64,000 bases of DNA from an uncultured bacterium (GTDB taxonomy: Bacteria > JAGOEH01). Below, one piece after another: positions 60,011 to 64,000 of the stretch. Location of the stretch: assembly GCA_964632485.1 (NCBI GenBank), contig CAZWDO010000001.1, positions 293,631-357,630 on the forward strand, given 5' to 3'. Each line of letters starts with the position of its first letter. Positions within the stretch are counted from its first letter, which is position 1. Made by a program: the position numbers and the translations under genes. The notes under the pieces were generated by a model. The model worked only from the letters and a program-made list of their open reading frames with translations. It made no database searches and was not told the DNA's origin.

Positions 60011-61786
60011 TTATTGAAAAAAATCACCCCATATTCGATAATTGATTGGGATATTGTTTTGATCGACATAATTAGCTAAAAATTGACGAATTTCATCGGC
60101 AGTAGAGAATTCACGTAAATAATTCGCTAAGAAAAGAACTTGTTTATAATTTATTGAACGGATAATCTGCTTAACCTCCGGAATAAAGATAGGACTGACG
60201 CTTAATTCATCAATGCCCATCGCGATAAGCAGAACAATGGCCAGGGGATTGGACGCCAGATCGCCGCACATTCCGACCCATATCCCTTTTTGGTGCCCGG
60301 CGATGATCGTTTGGTGAATCAGCCGCAATACACCGGGATGCAGGGAATTATACATCGAAGCGATACGCTCGTTACCTCGATCGACCGCAAGTGTGTATTG
60401 AGTGAGATCATTGGTTCCGATACTAAAAAAATCAACTAATTCAGCCAGTTTATCCGAGACGAGAACCGCCGAAGGAATTTCAATCATAATCCCGGTTTCC
60501 ATCTCTTCGTTGAAAGGAATGTTTTCTTTACGGAGTTGATCTTTTGTTTCTTCCAAAATGGTCAGGACTTTTTTCAGTTCTGCATAACCGGAAATCATGG
60601 GGAACATGATTTTAACATTCCCCAGGGCGCTGGCGCGTAGAATCGCCCGTAATTGGGGAATAAAAATATCGTGGCGGTCGATCGATACGCGTATCGCCCG
60701 CCATCCCAAAAAGGGATTCGATTCCTTAGGAAAATTGATATTATTCGTATATTTATCGCCACCAAGATCGAACGTCCGAATAATGACATTTTTAGGGTGC
60801 AATTTTTTTGCCAGATAATGATACTCTTGATATTGTTCTTCCTCAGTTGGCAACCAGGAGCGGGTTAAATATAGGAACTCGGTGCGAAACAAACCGACGC
60901 CGTCCCCTCCATACTTCATTACAGTCTCCACTTCCGTGGAGAATTCAACATTTGCGCTTAATTCAATACAATAGGCGTCCTTTGTGATTGAGGGTAGCGC
61001 ATTCAATTCAACCAATTGAGCTTCATAAAACAGAAACGAATTTTTTTGATGCTGGAAATCTTTCAATTGGCTGGGAGTGGGATTTATCATCACTTTCCCG
61101 TTGATTCCATCCACAATCAATACGGATCCATCATTGATGGAACGTGTTGCCAGCTTAGTTCCCACCACGGCTGGAATTTCCAGTGAACGGGCCAGAATTG
61201 ATACGTGGCTGGAACGTCCCCCCACATCTGTTACAAGGGCGGCGATATTCTCCTTATGAAACATAGCGGTTTCCGAGGGAGTCAAATCATGTGCAATCAA
61301 GATAGCATGACTTTCAATATTCGTCAGATCCAGCATATTCTTACCGGTTAGATTTCTCAAAACCCTCCGACGGATATCTCTCAAATCTATTACCCGTTCA
61401 CGAATAGTTTCACTATCGTTGTGAGTAAATGTTTCAATTAATGATTTAAGAGTTTCGAAAAAAATAAACTCGGCATTCTTGCGTCGCGTTTTAATCTGTG
61501 TAATTATTTTAGCGCTGGCTATCACATCGTCCAGCATCAACTGCTGAGCGAAGAAAATTCCTGCTTCCTGGTCAATACCGCTTTTTTTAAGTTGATTCCG
61601 GATCAGCTCCAACTCTTCCTTCGATTTTTGGACAGCGGCTTTAAACCGATCAATTTCGCTTTGAATATCTTCCTCGGCAACGTTTTTTTCCTCAATCAGG
61701 TCTTCAGATTGATCAAGTACGACCGCGCGGCCGATCGCGATCCCGGGAGAGGCTGCTATTCCCTGAAGTAGTTTTGGACTATCCAT
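60011..61786 (-). CDS. ptsI: Phosphoenolpyruvate-protein phosphotransferase (PTS Enzyme I)
   Basis: 591 aa; active-site GGRSSHVSILARSLEIPAVVG; PEP-utilising C-terminal TIM barrel. Confidence 0.88.
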   Translation of the reverse strand: MDSPKLLQGIAASPGIAIGRAVVLDQSEDLIEEKNVAEEDIQSEIDRFKAAVQKSKEELELIRNQLKKSGIDQEAGIFFAQQLMLDDVIASAKIITQIKTRRKNAEFIFFETLKSLIETFTHNDSETIRERVIDLRDIRRRVLRNLTGKNMLDLTNIESHAILIAHDLTPSETAMFHKENIAALVTDVGGRSSHVSILARSLEIPAVVGTKLATRSINDGSVLIVDGINGKVMINPTPSQLKDFQHQKNSFLFYEAQLVELNALPSITKDAYCIELSANVEFSTEVETVMKYGGDGVGLFRTEFLYLTRSWLPTEEEQYQEYHYLAKKLHPKNVIIRTFDLGGDKYTNNINFPKESNPFLGWRAIRVSIDRHDIFIPQLRAILRASALGNVKIMFPMISGYAELKKVLTILEETKDQLRKENIPFNEEMETGIMIEIPSAVLVSDKLAELVDFFSIGTNDLTQYTLAVDRGNERIASMYNSLHPGVLRLIHQTIIAGHQKGIWVGMCGDLASNPLAIVLLIAMGIDELSVSPIFIPEVKQIIRSINYKQVLFLANYLREFSTADEIRQFLANYVDQNNIPINYRIWGDFFQ

Positions 61787-62052
61787 TAATCCTCATTAAA
61801 TTTCATTTTAAATAATTTAATAATCTCTTCCACCGCATTATTTTCATCTTTACCTTCCGCAATGATTGTAATCGGAGTCCCCTTTTCAGCGGCAAGCATC
61901 ATCACCGACAAAATACTTTTACCATTGACCCGAGTTTCATTATGTTGGAGAAAGAGTTCTGCTTCAAATTCCATAGCTTTCTGCACGATCATCGATGCCG
62001 GACGGGCATGGATTCCCAATTTATTTTCAATTTCAATCGTTTGTGATTTCAA
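61786..62052 (-). CDS. ptsH: Phosphocarrier protein HPr
   Basis: KLGIHARPAS active-site His15 motif and a GKSILSVM Ser46 region. A TTG start at 62052 (GGGGGA upstream, 1 nt after the hprK stop) gives a canonical protein of about 88 aa. The track ORF is over-extended to 62130, into hprK. Confidence 0.8.
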   Translation of the reverse strand: MKSQTIEIENKLGIHARPASMIVQKAMEFEAELFLQHNETRVNGKSILSVMMLAAEKGTPITIIAEGKDENNAVEEIIKLFKMKFNED

Positions 62053-62053
62053 A

Positions 62054-63040
62054 TCATCCCCCGGTGGCCTGGTTGATTGACATTTTCCTAAGTAGGTTTT
62101 GATTGAGTACTTCAGGCGCGTTATAACCATTCTTTTTACTGATAAAATTGAGCGCTATCGTTTCGAGAATGCTGGCCACATTTTTCCCTGGCCGAATTGG
62201 CACTTTCACAATCGGAATCTGTACACCCAAAATCGATTGTTGTACTTCATCAAGTCCTAATCGTTCAAAATAAATTTTAGGTGAAGCCATTTCCAGGCTG
62301 ACTAAGATATCTATCCGTTTATGATGCAAAATAGAGCGAACTCCAAAAATTTCCTTCAAATTAATAATCCCGATACCACGTATTTCAATAAAATTCTGCA
62401 ACAGTTCCTGGGGTTCGCCCACTAACAAGTCCCCAATCGTTTTCTTTATAACAACGATATCGTCAGCAACGAGCCGGTGTCCCAGATTTATCAATTCCAA
62501 AGCGGCTTCACTTTTTCCAACACCAGGTTTTCCCTGAATCATAATTCCAACACTATAAACTTCAACGAGACAACCATGCAGAAATGTCGTTTCTGAAAAA
62601 CGTTTCCACAGGTAATTTGTTAGGTGATAAAAAACGATATCCGATGAAAAACCGCTTTTAAATATTGGAATATGGAATTCCGCCATGGTTGAATAGAAAA
62701 AATCAGGAACCTGATTACCGTTGGTAATGAAAAAACAGGGAATAGAATGGGTCGCCAATTGCCGGAGAGCGAGGATTAAGTCTGCGCTCTGATGCCGGCA
62801 TAAATAATGGGATTCCGTATTGCCAATCACCTGGATACGATTTTCAGGAAACACATCCAGAAAACCGGACATAGCCAGCCCGGTCCGACTCAAATACTTA
62901 TTTTCAATGAACCGGTCGCGCAGGGTTTCTTCATCCCCGACCAATTCCAGTTTCAGTTTCTCCTTGATATCCCGATAGAACTGATAGAGGGAAATTCGGT
63001 CCGGAACGAGTTTTGATAAGGAATCCGCAGTTTCAATCAT
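62054..63040 (-). CDS. hprK: HPr kinase/phosphorylase
   Basis: Walker A GKPGVGKSE and the LVADD motif; 328 aa. Confidence 0.88.
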   Translation of the reverse strand: MIETADSLSKLVPDRISLYQFYRDIKEKLKLELVGDEETLRDRFIENKYLSRTGLAMSGFLDVFPENRIQVIGNTESHYLCRHQSADLILALRQLATHSIPCFFITNGNQVPDFFYSTMAEFHIPIFKSGFSSDIVFYHLTNYLWKRFSETTFLHGCLVEVYSVGIMIQGKPGVGKSEAALELINLGHRLVADDIVVIKKTIGDLLVGEPQELLQNFIEIRGIGIINLKEIFGVRSILHHKRIDILVSLEMASPKIYFERLGLDEVQQSILGVQIPIVKVPIRPGKNVASILETIALNFISKKNGYNAPEVLNQNLLRKMSINQATGG

Positions 63041-63043
63041 TGG

Positions 63044-63346
63044 TTATTCTTCACGGTGTTTATGGTTCTTTAACTGTTCTTTTGTCCGTTTGATATTCCG
63101 TTCCATTTTATCAATCGCATTATTGATTGCAGTGTACATATCAGTTGTTTCTTCGGAAACTACCAGTTCCTGTCCAGCCACTTTGATGTTTAATTCACAA
63201 CGATGACGATACTTTTCAAGATCTAACACGACCCGAACATTCATAACATTATCGAAGTATTTCTTTAGTTTTCCCAGTTCCTTATTGATGTGGTCTTTGA
63301 TTTCTTCAGTCAATTCAAAATGGCGGGCAGAGATAGTGACTTCCAT
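63044..63346 (-). CDS. hpf: Ribosome hibernation promoting factor (RaiA/HPF, sigma-54 modulation protein family)
   Basis: 100 aa; MEVTISARHFELTEEIKDHINKELGKLKKYF is the hallmark of this family. Confidence 0.88.
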   Translation of the reverse strand: MEVTISARHFELTEEIKDHINKELGKLKKYFDNVMNVRVVLDLEKYRHRCELNIKVAGQELVVSEETTDMYTAINNAIDKMERNIKRTKEQLKNHKHREE

Positions 63347-63361
63347 TAGGTCCTCCGTGGT

Positions 63362-64000
63362 TTAATTTTTTTTTCGTAATCGAGATGGCAGAATACCCAT
63401 TTTTTCACGGTATTTTGTCACCGTCCGTCGAGCGACAACAATTGAATGCTCGATTTTGAGAATTTCAACAATTCGATTGTCGCTGAGTGGATTGTCAGTG
63501 TCCTCGCGCTCAATTTGCTGTTTAATCAGCTCCATGACCAGGCGCGCGGAAAGGTCTTCATCGTTGTCATCATTTTTTAGCTTTGCGCTAAAAAAATATT
63601 TCATATTAAATACGCCGTACTCGGTTTGCATGTATTTATTATTGACAATCCGCCCAACAGTCGTTGGATGGACTCCGATTTGATCAGCGACATCCTTCAA
63701 TGTTAAGGGTTTTAAACATTCCGGACCATTAATAAAAAATTCATGTTGCGCGTTAACCAGATTGGCCGCTATTTTTTTGATTGTTGATTTTCGTTGTTCG
63801 ATTGCATCAATCAACCATTTAGCGGCATTCAAGCGCTCTTTAAGATAATCCTTGCCGGTTTCAATACTTTTGTCATCATTCTTTAACAGCTTTTGGTAAT
63901 ACTGATTAATACGCAAATGAGGGATCCGGCTGTCATTCATAAAAATATTCAGATCATCCCCATTACTCTTTTCTACAATAACATCCGGAATGACTTCACG
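63362..64000 (-). CDS. rpoN: RNA polymerase sigma-54 factor RpoN (C-terminal part; N-terminus beyond the window end)
   Basis: RpoN box ARRTVTKYREKMGI and the HTH GVHPTTVGRIV. The track start MNDSRIP is internal; the frame stays open to the window edge. Confidence 0.85.
   Translation of the reverse strand, partial: REVIPDVIVEKSNGDDLNIFMNDSRIPHLRINQYYQKLLKNDDKSIETGKDYLKERLNAAKWLIDAIEQRKSTIKKIAANLVNAQHEFFINGPECLKPLTLKDVADQIGVHPTTVGRIVNNKYMQTEYGVFNMKYFFSAKLKNDDNDEDLSARLVMELIKQQIEREDTDNPLSDNRIVEILKIEHSIVVARRTVTKYREKMGILPSRLRKKN

Noticed and set aside
61786-62130. Track ORF giving HPr a 26-aa N-terminal extension that overlaps hprK
   Set aside because: The conserved HPr fold starts at LKSQTIEIENKLGIHARPA. 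A TTG at 62052 with an upstream GGGGGA, 1 nt after the hprK stop, gives a canonical protein of about 88 aa. The longer form would overlap hprK by 77 nt.

Overview
This 64 kb window is almost fully coding and looks like chromosomal DNA from a Gram-negative bacterium of moderate GC (about 40-45% by eye). At least three predicted secreted proteins end in T9SS (Por-type) C-terminal sorting domains, which points to the FCB group or a related candidate phylum. All identifications rest on motif recognition in the supplied translations; no database search was run.

Content, left to right:
- 1-4142: a type I restriction-modification operon (partial hsdS, a DinD/RhuM-like gene, hsdR), with the three genes joined by overlapping start and stop codons.
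- 4143-9500: a markedly GC-richer polysaccharide cluster (two GT4 glycosyltransferases, wecB, a Wzx flippase). One glycosyltransferase carries an internal in-frame TGA, and GC-rich tandem repeats lie between the second glycosyltransferase and the flippase gene.
- 9651-18144: T9SS cargo proteins (an esterase, a TolB/OmpA-like lipoprotein) and an iron-sulfur flavoprotein.
- 18523-28834: an M3 peptidyl-dipeptidase, then an MdtABC-like efflux operon (adaptor plus two tandem RND pumps, the second carrying a large hydrophobic insertion).
- 29166-36901: a GAF-GGDEF cyclase, a glycine-rich T9SS protein, and a likely operon of a secreted calcium-binding repeat protein, a putative outer-membrane barrel, a histidine kinase and a sigma-54 (NtrC-type) response regulator.
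- 37032-40846: an orphan module of M20 peptidase, membrane protein, MBL-fold hydrolase, a catalytic-domain-only CheR and a CheD homologue whose catalytic Cys is Gly.
- 41168-50481: a PilZ protein with a degenerate receiver domain, speH-speE, an orphan HisKA_2 kinase, tRNA-Phe, a SPOR protein and a DUF1015 protein.
- 50536-64000: one long co-directional block: rpoN (partial), hpf, hprK, ptsH, ptsI, ptsN, a complete V-type ATPase operon (G, C, I, K, F, E, A, B, D) and uspA.

The most noteworthy item is a 40-codon hydrophobic ORF, absent from the ORF track, wedged between ptsN and the V-ATPase operon with TAATG stop/start overlaps at both ends. No CRISPR array, rRNA or recognisable transposase was seen.
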